A stretch of DNA of 64,000 bases from Trichosphaerium sp. ATCC 40318 (Eukaryota > Protista > Tubulinea). Under the pieces are notes generated by a model, which was not told the origin of the DNA, searched no databases, and saw nothing but the letters and a program-made list of their open reading frames with translations. The stretch covers positions 1 to 64,000 of the forward strand of contig JALMLS010000215.1 in assembly GCA_038496445.1 (NCBI GenBank). The letters run 5' to 3'. The position numbers and the translations under genes were made by a program. Shown piece by piece: positions 1 to 14,041 of this stretch. The first letter of the stretch is position 1, and each line of letters begins with the position of its first letter.

Positions 1-3000
1 TGATTGAATATCTACTGGTTGTGCACCATAGAGGATTGAGAAAACTAGGCTGCCAAGGAAAGCCTTGGGCTATTTCTTTGGCGGTTATTTGAAGCCCTGT
101 AAAGGTACACTTTCTACCGGTTTTAAGTTCACTCTTTGATAACCGTACTATCTCGCCCACTTGAACAGCACAAGGGCAAATTGGATATTGTCTAAGACCT
201 AACTCATTACACTCTGTTGCTAGATTTTGCTAGTAATTAATAAGTTATAAAATGGAACATTAGGAACAGTACCTTCCAAGTCTCGGGAACAAGGCCACGG
301 ACAACAATAGTTATATTTTCATTATTGAAGTACAAACACATGACGTTCCCATCCGTATCTTTTAGAATCATAGAGTTACTAAACAACTTGTATCTACTAT
401 CTTGAAACCCTACAAGAAAAAAATGAGAAATACATCAACCCTTGGCCATACTTCGTAGCTTCCCTTGAAGTTCATTGAAAACGTCAACAGTAATTCGTTT
501 GTTTTCTATTTTTAAATTGAAAGCTAGTACTCGAACGGTCTTGAGGAAGGAAAAGCAAGCCCGTTCAGAGTGTTTCACTTGTACTTTAATATTGCCTCTT
601 TTCTGATCCAAACAGTGAAACACCAAAGTTTTCTTTGCAGATAATTTCGGTAGGTCACTAGTGATTATTAATTGCTTTTTCTCTTTTTTTTCTGAAACTG
701 GCCCACCACGTCTATCTTTGTGGCCTAAAAGAAATTAAAGGTACTCTATAAGTTCTTTTAACAACCTTCGGTCACGTGACAAACTCTCATGCTTTTGTTC
801 TTTTTCCTCTTATCCTTTATAAACACCTCCTTGTGATCGTTGGGCATTGGAGGAGGTAGATACATCATCTCAGCTTCAGGTCTCAAGCTATAAAACAAGT
901 ATCCGTTTTGACCATAGTTTTCCTAGCCAACAAGTTAAGTGTGAAATTCTAATACTTACACAATGCTGTACCACTTCTGCTGTATTGAGCTTGTAACATA
1001 TGTTGAGTGCTTCCATAAAAGATAAAATGGTATCACACTCTTTATCAGTAATTGCTCTAAGACCTGGTATGGACTTGATTTTTTCTTTGGCAACAAAATA
1101 GCTTACAATCGCTGTTCTATGTGTCTTGAGAGTCTTGGTATATCCGTGTACTCGGTTGATATGTTGTTGTGGACCTACAAAACTGGCAATAACTTGGACA
1201 ATCATTTCTGGCCTCAAACAAACCCATTGTGTTTGCTAGAGTAATCAATCAGTGCTATTAACAAACTGCAAATACCTTATTGTATGTTATTTTCCCTATA
1301 CAATGCAAGTATTCAATAGCAAGTACTAACAGCTTGTCGTTGCTTTCTCTCTCTTCTCCTAGCATATGATTTACCCATGCTTCACTATATCTACCATCTG
1401 TCTGCATAATTTGCCGTACAAAACCCTTGTGTCGTTCAAGAAATTGATACAGATCTTCTCTATGCAGACTGTTACATAAAAAGAAAGATAGCAATGTCTT
1501 ACAGCTTCCAAAGTACTTGATATTTATCAAATAAGGTTGATTCGACAAGAATAAATTCATAGACTCTCCACAGGTATGGTACATTCGTTTTGAGTGACTG
1601 TATACAACTTACTAGCACTTTTTTGAATTTATCCACACTTTTATCTATTAATTTCATTAGAAAACACCACAACAAGGAATTTAACGCACTGGATAGAGAT
1701 GAAAAGATTGTATCCCTATTGAAAATAACTTGTATCTTATTTCCTGGTATTTTTGATACATACTGCAGTTGCTTCGATATGTTGCTTGCAATTTTGCTAA
1801 GATCATTTTTAGGATCAACAACAAGATCAAGTTTGTTGCCGACAACTATTAAATGCCTTAGGTGCTTTGCATATAGTAACCCTTTGGAATCAAGAACCTC
1901 AAGCCAGTGTTTTATTTGTTGTGTTTGGTTTTTTAAATCTGCAGACACATCAACCTTGTAAAAATCACGTGAGCATTAATGAAAATTTTTTTGGCAAAGT
2001 TTTAACATTACCACAATAATATAGAGCGAATCTTTGTTTGAAAAGAAAGATTTATGACTCGTCAGATACTCGATTTGACCTCCAAAATCGTATGCTTTGA
2101 TTGACATGTTCTTAACAAGCTTCAATGAGCGCATATCTAAAGATATTGTGGATTTCAAGACATCTTTGTTTCGTTGTTCATCTATTTTGTCAAGCAGGGT
2201 AGTTTTGCCTGAAAGGGTTTAATAGGCTGCCTGTAAGCGTGACATACCTGAACCGCCATGTCCAAGGATAAGTAATTTCACACCATTATACACTCTGCTG
2301 ATGTTTGATGTCCTAAACATGCAAGTATCGAACACTTTATCAATATTGGTTTGAGTCTCACTGAATGAACACTCTGTGTATTGAAAAGCACCGATTTCAT
2401 GTGCCATTTTAACACCTTTTTGATAATTAGAAATAAAGACTGCGGCGTTAGTGAGAAACCTTGAGCATTAGTAACCGTATGTAATCCTTTGTCAGCAAGA
2501 TTTTTTACTAATCTTGCATCACACCTTAGCTCTCGCTCACAGCCAACCAGCAAATAACGTGTATAAGGAGCAAAGCGTCTTATTTCTGGTATCCACTAAC
2601 ACCTTTTGTGTTAGCACAGTGGACAACTTTTAATCGTACTCAACAAACCTTGTCTTTTATGTTTTGGAAGCTATTCGGATCAGCAATTGAGAAGATGAGA
2701 ATGAACACGTCAGCTACCTACAAACAAAACGGTTTTTTTTTTTATCAAATTTATATCTGATTTCGCTAACAACAATAAAAGTTTCTAGCTCGTACTGGGT
2801 AGGATAGGTTTCTTTTTGGGTCTGATTCGTAACTGTACTAAAGGTAAAGTTACTTAAATTGTAATTAGCTGCTTGCGTAAATCTCTAGTACCATTAGCCT
2901 CCATTTCAGCACCGAACGCTCGTTGTAGTGTCGCTCTAAAGTACGTTTAGTTTAGACTCAACTTGCATTGGTTTGCGAAAAAACCCGTGCCTGTATCAGA

Positions 3001-3150
3001 TATTTTTGTACAATCTAATCCAGTACTCTCACCTCCTTTGAGAAAGCAATACTCTGATTCGAAAGAGTCGAGTAACCTTTCTTTTATATTATTCGTATCA
3101 TTGCCAACAATGGTGACTGTCACAATAGCGTTTGATGCTTCTTCAGCCAT
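1..3150 (-). CDS. Multi-exon Roco-like protein: degenerate Rho-like domain + Roc GTPase + COR-like region; runs off the window start
   Basis: Spliced exons give Rho-like FILIFSIADPNSFQNIK/WIPEIRRFAPYTRYLLVGCERELR, then Roc motifs KLLILGHGGSG|KTTL, STISLD, AYDFGGQIEYLTSHKSFF and IVVGNKLDL, then COR-like AIEYLHCIGKI and WVCLRPEMIVQVIASFV. Confidence 0.75.
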
Positions 3151-3511
3151 GGTATTTTGTAACTAGGCAACTGTTAGTCATGTGACTTTCCTTAATGTAC
3201 TTTACTGGTTACATTTTTTTTCTACAAACTACGTTGCTGTCTATTTTTGGTAGAACCTTGGTTCTAAAACGGCAGAGCATGAAAGTGCATGCTCTGCGCA
3301 AGGCAAATATCATTTTACGTGTACTAACATAAGAAGTAATCCAGCCCAAAGAAAAAATACTTTGGTAACAATACAGAGAAAGAGCACGTGTTAGTAATCT
3401 GTTGGTGTTTGTGCCTTTTGGTTTTCGAGTATAGTCAGATCTGACGGGTCCCTTAAGTTTTGTAAGTTCTTACACTTATTACTATGTTCTAATATATCCA
3501 ATTGTGCACAG

Positions 3512-3710
3512 GTAAGCATATTAGACTTCCCAACAGAGATTTTAGTGTACATCCTACGCCATACTAATCAAGCACGTTTTTGCGGCTTCTCAAACCTAAT
3601 GTGATATTGTCAAAGCAGTTTGCTGGTTCATTCAATCAAGCTTTACAATTTGTATGGATGTTGTGTAACATATCAAGGCACAGTCTGGTGTTCATACCAT
3701 TGATCTTTGA
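3512..3710 (+). pseudogene. Decayed F-box/GVHxIxL-LRR family fragment
   Basis: Reads SILDFPTEILVYILRHT (compare NILNFPPEVISTILHHT at 32762), and later IKAQSGVHTIDL; frameshifted and deleted in between. Confidence 0.65.
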
Positions 3711-4663
3711 TTTGTACAGGTACAAAATTACGCGTTCAAATAAATCAGAACAGTTTTCTTTAGTACTGGGTTAATTAGCTCCAAATAGCTTGATGTCATG
3801 CATTTTACTTTAGCCTCAGCAAAGTTATAACTTTAATTTGTTTAGCTTTTGTAAAGACAATCCAAACGCAAGATCCATGTTGTTTGACAAAGGCTTTTAT
3901 GATAGAAACAACATATTGTACATCCAAATTTGCCTTATAAAATTTCTTTCCAGTTGAAATAATATCTATGATTTTGTGGAACAAAGGCCGATCAAGGCTT
4001 TCTAGTGCAAGTAAGAGTTCACTATTATGACGGTGGAGATGGTTTTAAAATAGGGTGTTCCTCGTGTACATCGTGTAGTTTCGTGACACTGGGATTCAAT
4101 GGGCAGTACTCAGGAATTGCAATAGCCTACTTTACAACATTTTCTTTCTGTGTAGTCATGTGCCAGGAGCAATGGTAATTAAGTGAGATCGGGTATTCAT
4201 CAGACGAACTATCTGGTAAATGGTGCTCAAAACTCTACAAACGTACTGACGGTGGCGATCTTTTCAACAACATAATTTGTATTCAACTTTACGAATCTTA
4301 AATTCCAAAAAACTGTACGCCTTTTGTCACGTGACAATGCCGTTTACGTTATTTTTTTGCTTTTACTGTATTTTAGTCGCACTCCTTTTTAGTATTATTA
4401 CCGATTAAACGACTTACAACTACTAGTCACTAGCTTGATGTCGAAACTAAATGTGCTCAAAAGGTATCTTATAACATAACATTCATTGAACGGTTTACAG
4501 ATAAATGGAAATAGGCTTAAATGCGCTCATAGTATTAAATGTATAAAGCAAGCATACCTTTTGATGACAACATTAAATCCGTTAAAGCTTCCTGAGGTAA
4601 TCAATAAGCATTAATAACCTTCTTTAATAGTTATTTTAGATTTTAGTGATTATATTCCATGGA

Positions 4664-5436
4664 ATGGACGATAAAACAATACAAGCAGCTAGCTGTGTTA
4701 GTGTGTATTGGAATATAGTCATATTTGAGTCTAATCTAAGCGTGCCAACAATAGTAAGAACTCATTATGTGAGGATAACAAAGACTATTGAGCCGTTTGT
4801 ATTTGTTCATGTAAAGAACTCCAAAGTTGACAGATTACGCTTTCTATGTAATCAATATGGTACCTCTATTGTACGTACAACATAATGAAGCTAAAGAGCC
4901 ATAAAAACCAGCAAGGGAAAATGGCAATGACTGTCAAAGTTTAGGCTTTGTTCTTCATATTTTCTTACTACTATTTTTCGCACATCTGCTAGCACAATAC
5001 TGCAGCTATTATTAAAGCATTGCTGTAGTTTTCTTGTGGCAGTATATGCGATGCTTTCAGTAGAATGTACTCACGCTGTTCTGTTAGATAAACTGGAAGA
5101 AGACAATAATAAAAGTTTCCTCACAAGAAGCAGAAGAAATTGAAGTATTACCTCTGTTACATGCAGCAATTAAAGAAAAAAATATAGAACTAATACGCTT
5201 TCTACTTGCACGTGATTGTTAAGTTTTGGTTTTTTCTATGTTCTTTTTGTAGACAACCTATTGTCTAACAGGGTACTGTAGGAATCAGGAGTTAATTTTT
5301 ATGCGAAAAGAAAACGCCATGTAGAAGTCTGCGGTGAAGTAATTATAGATCTGAATGACGACGCACTTGAATGGGCTAAGGAAAGTAAATTTCAATTAGG
5401 TATTACTTTGTTGGAAGAACACAATGCAAAGCAGTA
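4664..5436 (+). CDS. Ankyrin-repeat protein or remnant (spliced; model uncertain)
   Basis: Exon-like segments read LPLLHAAIKEKNIELIRFLLARD and DALEWAKESKFQLGITLLEEHNAKQ*. Confidence 0.4.
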
Positions 5437-6176
5437 ACCAAAGTTGTAACCTCTAATCAATAAACACAAAGGAATCATGGAAGACGATAGATTTATTGCT
5501 AGCTCTACAATAAGTTTGAGAATTACTCCCTTTTGTAATTAACCCTTAAACATGGACATGCATCAAGAAATGGAATTTGCTATTGCACAGTCCTCCACGG
5601 TATTGTGGTAGCCTCGTGCTACTTTGCAAGCTATATACCACTAGCATATCCTTATGGAGTACTTTACGTGTGCATAAGAACAGAAAGTCACGTGCGTACT
5701 ACAAATCGGTGGCTGTAAAAAAGTAGGCTAAACAAGTCACGTGGCATGATATTTTCAGGATGTCCTACAATCACTGCAGGCTCACAGAAACGTCTTAGCA
5801 TACAAACAGACAATAGCGGAGTTGGAAACCGCTCTATTGGCTGTAAAAGTTTACGAAGGTCACGACTAAAATAGAATAACAAATGACAATGCGCCAAAGA
5901 CTAAAGCTGCAGCAATCTGTTTGATGGAATCTCATGGTGTCCATTTAATTGGAAGTAACATTGTAATTTTTTAGTTTAGTTATCTTTCTAGTAGTAGTTA
6001 TTGTGCACATTGTGGAATTCTTTTTTTTTCCCCTATACATTAATTAGATATTGTCATTTCAGAAATAATGCATTAGGTAACTCGAGTGAAACAAACAATA
6101 CACTAATCAACCATTCACTACAGTGAACATTGTTGTTAAACGACTTTGGATCGAACGATAAATCATCTCAAACGAT

Positions 6177-6340
6177 AAAAATTTGAACTTGATTGAAACG
6201 ATTTCAAATAAAAACACTTGATCTTGAATCTAGTTTTTAACCTTAAGGTAAAAGTCTCAATCAAGACCAAACGTTTCTCGATTGAAATCATGTATCTCAT
6301 CTAGCGCAAACGGTTTCAATCAAGATCAAATGTTTTTTTT
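6177..6340. repeat. Imperfect inverted repeat / foldback remnant
   Basis: aaaaatttgaacttgattgaaacg (~6177-6200) pairs with gtttcaatcaagatcaaatgtttt (~6313-6337); further ttgatc/tcaatcaag copies lie inside. Confidence 0.5.
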
Positions 6341-7147
6341 TTGAAAGCGTGTACCTTATTCACTAGTTGTTTGGCAAAGTTTGATACGGTATAATGTATA
6401 GCACTGTCAGTAAATATGGTATTTTGCAACACCTTGCTTTGGTATGTCTGCAAACATTTCATGTACGTTATAAACCTTTACAAAAACAAGAGATAGCAAG
6501 CACTATAAATGGACTGCTAGGTCCAATGATTTGGCCTAATCTCTTGACGTTTAGAATGAAAGTAATGAATAGTGTTCTTATTTGAACACTTCCTGTTCGC
6601 TGAACATGAAGACATATTACTTAATAATCTGGAACTGGTTATATCCCTAAAATTGCCACCTGTAGCACTGAGATTCACGGATTTTATGAGTTTAGAGTTA
6701 GAAAAGTTGAGATTTTGATCACGTTCGCTTTAACTTAAGGGAGGCGCTTAAGTTGGTCGGATAATTCACAACAGTATTGTCCGTTTCGCCATTTTAAAGT
6801 AATACTACCCTTGCACTCAGTCTGTACCAACGAACACTGACACCCAGGGACATTTTCGACTCTCGCCTATTGTCACTTCTAATTCAAATAATAGCCAACT
6901 TTTGTTGAACTCAGTATGTTCAAATTAGCACTTACTCAATGGTAAGAACATTACTCTACTACAAATCAAAGGTATGTTAACAAACAGAAAACAAAATTAA
7001 TGAAGTCTTGAACTCTACGTTTGCTGACACTACGCGGGTGAGTTTACTTGTATTTGATGTAAAAAAAAAAGAAATGTTGCATTTTACTTTTATTTGTGTG
7101 ACCCAATATCTACATTCCATGCTTCTGGAGCATGGCTTATGCAAAAG

Positions 7148-9015
7148 CTATTGCAATCGCCGACTTGAATTCATACTTTGTAGACAAATGTATACTTGCT
7201 GTGCAACGTCAATGTTATCCTGAACACTTCCAAAAGAATCACTATCTGAATCATAACCATTTTTTTCAGCACATTTGAATTCTTCCTGTCTTTTTAGTTC
7301 TTGTAGAAAGATAACAACACTATTTGATATGTAACGCCTTTGCTTTGGTTGGTCTTTCAAATATGATCTGTAAAAAACCAGTGAGATTAGGTACTATCTA
7401 ACCAACAATGGGATGAAGTATTAAATGCTCAAAAAAAACGTCAGAAATGCCCACATAAAGAAAGTGGAGATTGTAACTTTAAAAACATGTCCACGGTTTA
7501 GAAAAGGATTCACGTGTTGTAGTTATCTTTTCAAAGATATAGGAGTTTTCACAATGCTAGTGTAAACGTCTCAATGTAAAAACAACAGAAACTGGTTTGC
7601 TCCAAAAAGCACTTGCCTGAAACAGTCTATGGACAGTAATGTTTCTAGAGCAGTAACCTTAACTATATCCTGATCACTATTCGATAGTACATACTTTATG
7701 ACAGTGATAATACTGCTTGCATGCTTGATAGCCAGTGTTTGGGATGCCTAAGACAAAAATCTCAATATTATCTTAACTTTAAGATAGTTCAATAGTTCAA
7801 TGCAAATATAATGGCTAAGTAGCACTATCTAGTATTGTGAAGCTGTAAATAAAGATGATGATGGATGAATGTACCTCTACACCACATTGTATTAGTTTGA
7901 TAGCTTGGAGTTGTTTTCTGGTGTTGTTCACACATAACTTAAAACACTTTGGGATAATGATACCAAAGAACTCTGGCCATTTTCCATTTGCTAATTCAAC
8001 CCTTGCAACAGCTTGTAATGGCATAGATTTTGACCTCACATAGTTTGTATCACAATTCCATAAGTATAGATCAACAGTCTTTTAATTAGAGCGTCAGATT
8101 GTATTATGTTGTAAAAAGGAAAAAGAAACAACATGTACTTTTTTTTTAATATCTTCCTTGACCTTCTGATCAAGCATGTGCCATTTCATCTAATTAACTA
8201 TTTAATATGACTAGCATAGTAGTTATTTTAAAGTGTACTGTAGCTTGTATAAGCGAGTTCTTGAAACTGATTGAAGACATTAACATAATTTCTTTGGGTA
8301 AGCTGTTGTTCATTGTTAAGCGTAGAAACGCTGTTAAAACCATTCCCTTGGAGAGATAAAAGTTAGTCAGTACTTAATAAATTAATAAGTTGCAGAAAAA
8401 GCATTGATGTGCAAGGCTATCAAGGGGGGCCATAGTTTTTTCCGAATTTTCCGAAAACAAAAATTCGAAAAAATAGAATTCGTAGAAAGATGCATAGCTA
8501 GGGCAGTCCACTAAACTAGAAAGCGCCTGGTTCACTTACGGTCGGGTCCTCGCTGTGCTCGGAACTAGAACCCGACCTTCGCTCACATATAGTGATCCAT
8601 TGGTGGGTATAGGCATTCGGTTTTTGTATCGAATTCTATTTTTTCGAATTTTTTCTTTCGAAAAATTCGGAAAAAACATGGGTCCGCTATCAAGGTCCAA
8701 CAAAAAAAATGGTGGTAAAACACGTGATCTCTACTAAAAGTCACCGCAGAGAAATTGCAAACCACTTTAGTAAACGATATGTGTTACTTGTTGAAGCAAC
8801 AAAACAGCGTCACAGACAGTTTTTTGGTTACTTTCAACGATTGGCGGTTTTAATCGTACCAATTCTTTGTTTTGGAACTCTTCTAGCTCTCTCATTGCCT
8901 GTTGACGAATGTGTTGTCTTATTACAAGATTATCATCTAAAACATCCAGTAATGCCACGTACCTACATTTACAACCACTTAGTATATTAATAAGTTGTTC
9001 ATCGCTTACTTCCAT
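7148..9015 (-). CDS. Short importin-beta-like (IBN_N/HEAT) protein, paralogue A
   Basis: MEVSDEQLINILSGC..IRQQAMRELEEFQ, then LQAVARVELANGKWPEFF, resembling importin-beta N-terminal HEAT repeats; near-identical inverted copy at 25215-26763. Confidence 0.6.
8425..8685. mobile_element. MITE with ~55-bp TIRs and 9-10-bp TSD (Mutator-like), inside an intron of paralogue A
   Basis: Left TIR ggggccatagttttttccgaattttccgaaaacaaaaattcgaaaaaatagaattcg matches the reverse complement of the right end; direct repeat GCTATCAAG(G) at 8416 and 8686; absent from the paralogous intron near 25560. Confidence 0.85.
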
Positions 9016-9401
9016 TCTTGTACTGCGAAGAAACAGTATACGGCTTAACAAATATGTTAAGTTACTGTTGTCGTACAATGCACATGCCATGACACCCAGC
9101 ATTCTTTTATATAGTTGCCTTGGCACTGCTTTTCTTTTCACTAATCGATCAATTATTCGTTGGTAGAGGTGGGCATTAATGGCTATGACAGTCTAAGAAA
9201 GAACTAGATCTGGAAAAAAGTGGAAGGGCATGTGATAATTAGCTTAAAATCATACCACTTCGGTTGTCGACATTAACAGTTTTACATCAATATTTTTGTA
9301 ACTATTTTTTTTATTGGGGTTACTGTAGCTATTCTGTAGTGTAAAAAGTGGAATGGGTAAATCAGAAGACGGTAGAGGAGTTTGTAGAATTAACACTTGA
9401 T

Positions 9402-12400
9402 TCAGATGGCTCCAAACTTTGTAACATATTTCCCAATACTGTACGGTAGTAGTTCAGCACTTGTCATTACAACATTGCTGTCATTGTATGGAACAAGCAT
9501 TGGTTTTTCATCACTTGTTGGGTTGCTTTTGGCAGTACCTTCGTTTATATAAGCATTATTGCTGGATGACAAAAAAACACTACGTACTTTGTGCTTTTGC
9601 TTTCTTGTACTTTAAAAAGCGACTTTCTTCAACTGTGTCCTTCACCACAAACCTTGCAACATGCACGCGGCTTTCCTGACCCATCCTAAAGTACTATTTG
9701 GATCTGTGAGGGTGTGATTAATGCTTTGTACCTGTATGCTCTACCAATAGCTTGAGATTCATTTGCATCTATTTCTTCTGTAGTGCCAATTGCAGAGTCG
9801 AAAGAGAATGTTACATTGGAATTAAGAATAAAGTGAGAAATAGGTACCAAGGAGAACAATATGTTTAGCATTCATTAAATTAGTTCCAGAAGCTGCTTTA
9901 TGGGTGCTAAGAAGTAAGACACGAATGTCTTGTGATTCATCATTAAATGAATTGATTGCTTTCTCCCTTTGGAATACGCTCCTTAACATAGTTAGTTAAG
10001 GGCAATTTTGGACAATGTACTTACCCTTCTATTGATGTACTGTATATGCCTTGTAGGAACAATACACAAGCTACTTCTTGAAGAACGTTTGAGAACTACA
10101 GAGATAGTTAGTGTATCATGTATTTAATACTCGTACGCTTGAAAATAAAATTATTTTAGATGACGGCTCTTTCTTCCATATTCTTTCAAGGTACGAAAGC
10201 AACTTGCATATCTTGGAGCCATACATTATCTCCTTCTCTTTCCTTGTCATTCCTACATACCTTTCTTTCGGGTATCCTTTCTAAACAGCAAGCTTTGTAA
10301 GTAACCGACTAAAAGGTTAGATTTTCACCTTTATTAGGCTTGATTCGAAGATAAGTTTAGGTCTTAAAGCTCGTTTAAGATTGTTTATGCTACAGTCTGG
10401 ATCCACATCTACAAGGCGAAGAGAAGCGGCTTCTAGTAATTGATTTTTGGTAGCGTCAGTTAAAACGGATAGACCCAGACCTCTAGATTTGCCCGTCATA
10501 CTAATTATTGGTCGTTTCTGTTTTTTTTTCTTTTGTTAGTAAATGTAAAACCAGGTTATACGCACAATAGCTAACAGCTCATCTTGAGAGGTGGTCAAAC
10601 GATTGCGCAAATATACTATTCCAGCTTTGTCAGCCTTGAGTTTTTCTATGGATGCTTTCGTTGATCGGATATAGCTTAGTTTCTTATCATTTTTCTAACA
10701 ACAATAAGTACAGTGTATTGAATATTTTTATACCAATAATTCTTGTAGGTTTGCCTGTTGGTTCGCTATATCAACATCAATGTTTCTTTCCTTCTTTGTT
10801 TGGGATACGAGGGCTGACTACAAAGGAATAAGCCTTGGTAGTTGATTTCAGCACTCTTTTTTTGGTACCTTAATCATTGCCTTTGTTTTGTCGTAGAGCT
10901 CAAGGATCATTGGACCCTCAGAAGCACTTGTAAGGGAGCACAGCATCCCCAGATCTTAGAATGATTAGTTTGTAAGATTTTAAGTTAACCTATTACCTTC
11001 AGAACTAATCATGCTTGAAACATGGTAGTGAATAGCTTGTATCGGATGAAAATCAACAAGCTCCTTTTGAATATGTTAGCTCACGTGATTCTCTTTTTTT
11101 TCGTACCAGTATCTCTTTGTAGGGCGGTATCTCCCAGTCATCTTTTGCAGTTTCTTTAGTATGCCTCCACATGTAATTGTCAAACATGATATTAGCGAAC
11201 ATCCACCTGAGTATTGTGAGCACATAGTTGTTACATTTGAACTCTTACGTTTTATGCTCCAAAGCAGCGTGCTTGTGATTCCATGTTGTGACAAGATCGT
11301 ACTTTCCTTCTAATACTCGATGTTTAGGTACACGCTTCCCAAACAGACTATGCAAATTATCAGGGTGTATATGAATGTCTATACATTACCACTCTTTAGG
11401 AGACTTGGCATTGTGTCTGCTCTGTGCGAATTCTTCACCGGTTAAGTATGTGAGCACATTAACCAACACAGTGCTAGCAGTTTAGTATGAGAACTAGTAA
11501 CTACAATACACGTACTCTTTAGGAAACGGAGTGCCAGTGACATACCACTTAAAGTTCGCCTCTAGAGAAGTAAACACAGCTATCAGCAATGTTAGTTATA
11601 CCGTTATTTGAATGTTATCTTACAACACCATTTTCGGACATGGAGAAGCTCATGTCCTTCATCAAGCACCAATCTATGCCAATAAATGTGATGCAAACCA
11701 CACTTGTTGCTAATAGCCACGTAGTTTTTGTTACGCAGAAACTGATGAGAAATTATGACAACATCTACCAGACAATTAATCAAGCAACAGTAAAGATACG
11801 TACCAGCTTTGAGGAGCTCATTGTCTCCCTTTTGTACTTTACTAAAGGCTTTCATAGTTGTGATTTTAATGACTTTTAGTCCAGCTGTAGTTCTTTTTGT
11901 AATCTCGCCATACCACTGCTGTGCCAAGTGACTTGGACAGCACACTAAATCAAGAATAAAACTATGCAAGTTAAGAAACGTCAGTACCTAGAGTAGCCTT
12001 TGAGACTGGTTTATCATTGATAGTTTCATTTTCTTTAAAAGCAACTCTGGTGCTTAGTATCAACGAGAGGACTATAAGAAAAAATTATTCAGTTCAATAG
12101 TTGCAAGGTTCTTGCATACCTTCAATTGTTTTGCCTACGCACGTGTTTAGAAACAAACGAAGTTAAAAAAAAAATACAATCCAAAACTCATACCTAGTCC
12201 CATTTCGTCTGCAAGAATGCCACCCTGAAATTGAGCAGATCTCTTATACGTTCCGTATTCTTTTCTAGGCACAAGTTTTTTATTGTTCAAATCGAACATA
12301 ATGGTGGATCCTGAGGAGGTCCACGGGACAAGATCAAGATACTCAATACCTAGCACGTTCGTTAGATAATAGTTGGAAATTGAGTACTTACATTCCTCCG

Positions 12401-13737
12401 CAGCAACCCTTTTCTCAATGCTTACCATCCAACTAACACCCTGTAGTTGGTAGTTATATAATGATACAGATAGGTCAGGTGGGTTATCAATGGTTTCTAG
12501 AACGCTCTATGAACAAAATCAATATTCACTAAATTGTAAAAGTATCAAACCTGTATTTTTGGAGCAGTTAAGTCAAGGTTTGAAACAGCTAGCATATCTT
12601 GTAGCTGAGTGTACAGTTGACATAAAAGGCTGTGAAAGATCAAATATTGGTTGTGTACTACTGAGCCTTTGTTTATCTTCCTTATAAGCCTGATAGAAGT
12701 AATAAGGTAAAGAGTAATTAAAGAACAAAAAAACTAACGCTGAGGTGTTAATGTAAAGATTAGCGGCTGTATGCGTTGAGCTATCATACCAACGAGTTAT
12801 ATTAGCCAAACTTGCCTTATCATACCGCCACACAGTTCCCTATTAAAGTAGTTAAACGTCATGATTGATTTTTATGTAAGTACCTTTTTAAAGGGTTCAA
12901 TGTTGAAATGTTTCTTGTTATACAAGTAAATGTGGTTCGTTGCCATAGAACTTTCACGTAAAGTCCCAACGAACACAGTTTGGTTCTGCTTGTTGAATGC
13001 CTAGAAATATATTAAACAAAGGCAAATTTGTAGTGCGTACTCCAAGGTGAAGGTATTGTAAGGGAATTGAAGTGTATTTTTCGAACATTTGCCGGATACT
13101 AGTGGTGCTCTGGATTGCAATTGAGTGGATCGCTTTATCTTCAACTCTGCCTATTTGATCCTTCCATCCCTTGAGAAGCGAACGCCATTTTCCTAGAGCT
13201 GTTTTCCTACCGCCACTGTTCTAGAGTGAATTTAGCTTAAAGATGCACTGTATCAATCTTCAAAACGAGTACATCGAAAACCAGATAATCGATCTTTTGC
13301 CATGCAAATTCAGCATCCTGGGCAATACTCCACCATTGAGACTAATTACAAAGTTTGTTACCTTAACATAAGTTTCTAGTTGGCGTACATTTACTAAACT
13401 GCTTCTCAGTATATCTGTTCTTTCTAAATACTGATAGATAGCAAACACTATTTCATTGGGCAAATGAGGAGCTTCGTCTTCAAGTTGTTCAACTTGATTG
13501 ATTTTTATCTCATCTTCAGTATTGCTAGTGCTAACAAGCGTTGTACACTTCAATTCTTTCGTAGAAGTAACTTTACGCCTTTTCTTCTCTTGTGTAGGCT
13601 CAATACCTGCATCTACTGCTTTTCGTTTAGGTTTTTTCTCCTATTCAGTTGAGTTTTATTGCATCATTTTCAAGTACGTATACCTGCATAATAATATCTG
13701 GTTCGTAGTCGTCCATGATGATTGATTGTCTTGACAT
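9402..13737 (-). CDS. F-box + SNF2-family (Rad5/16-like) helicase, multi-exon
   Basis: F-box HLPNEIVFAIYQYL; GGILADEMGLG|KTIE; WHRLVLDEGHE; WYVTGTPF; YGSKICKLLSYL; LLSTHKAASGTNL; QAIGRAYR|MGQ. Confidence 0.85.
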
Positions 13738-14041
13738 GATGCCAATGGTTTTTCTTGAGCAACCTTTGCGCTTAGTACCAGTTAAGCCACATCAAGTTTA
13801 GAAAAAATGCAATCAATCAACATTGTTTTCAATCAAGGCGTAATGTAAAAGGTGTTTGTAGACGGTAACTTATCCATTATCCACAACTGAGCCATCTGCC
13901 AGACGTGAGCTCATCTCTTTATGATTATAGAAACTTCTGTAAAACCAGGTTTACATTTGCCTCTTTCCTTTTTTGCGTTGCTGAGTTTACGATCACTGAA
14001 CACCAAAACAGAACACCAAAACATTGTGGTCCAAACAAAAC

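Noticed and set aside
8500-8620. Ribozyme inside the MITE
   Set aside because: No hammerhead core (CTGATGA..GAAA) or convincing HDV-like pairing; only a simple stem.
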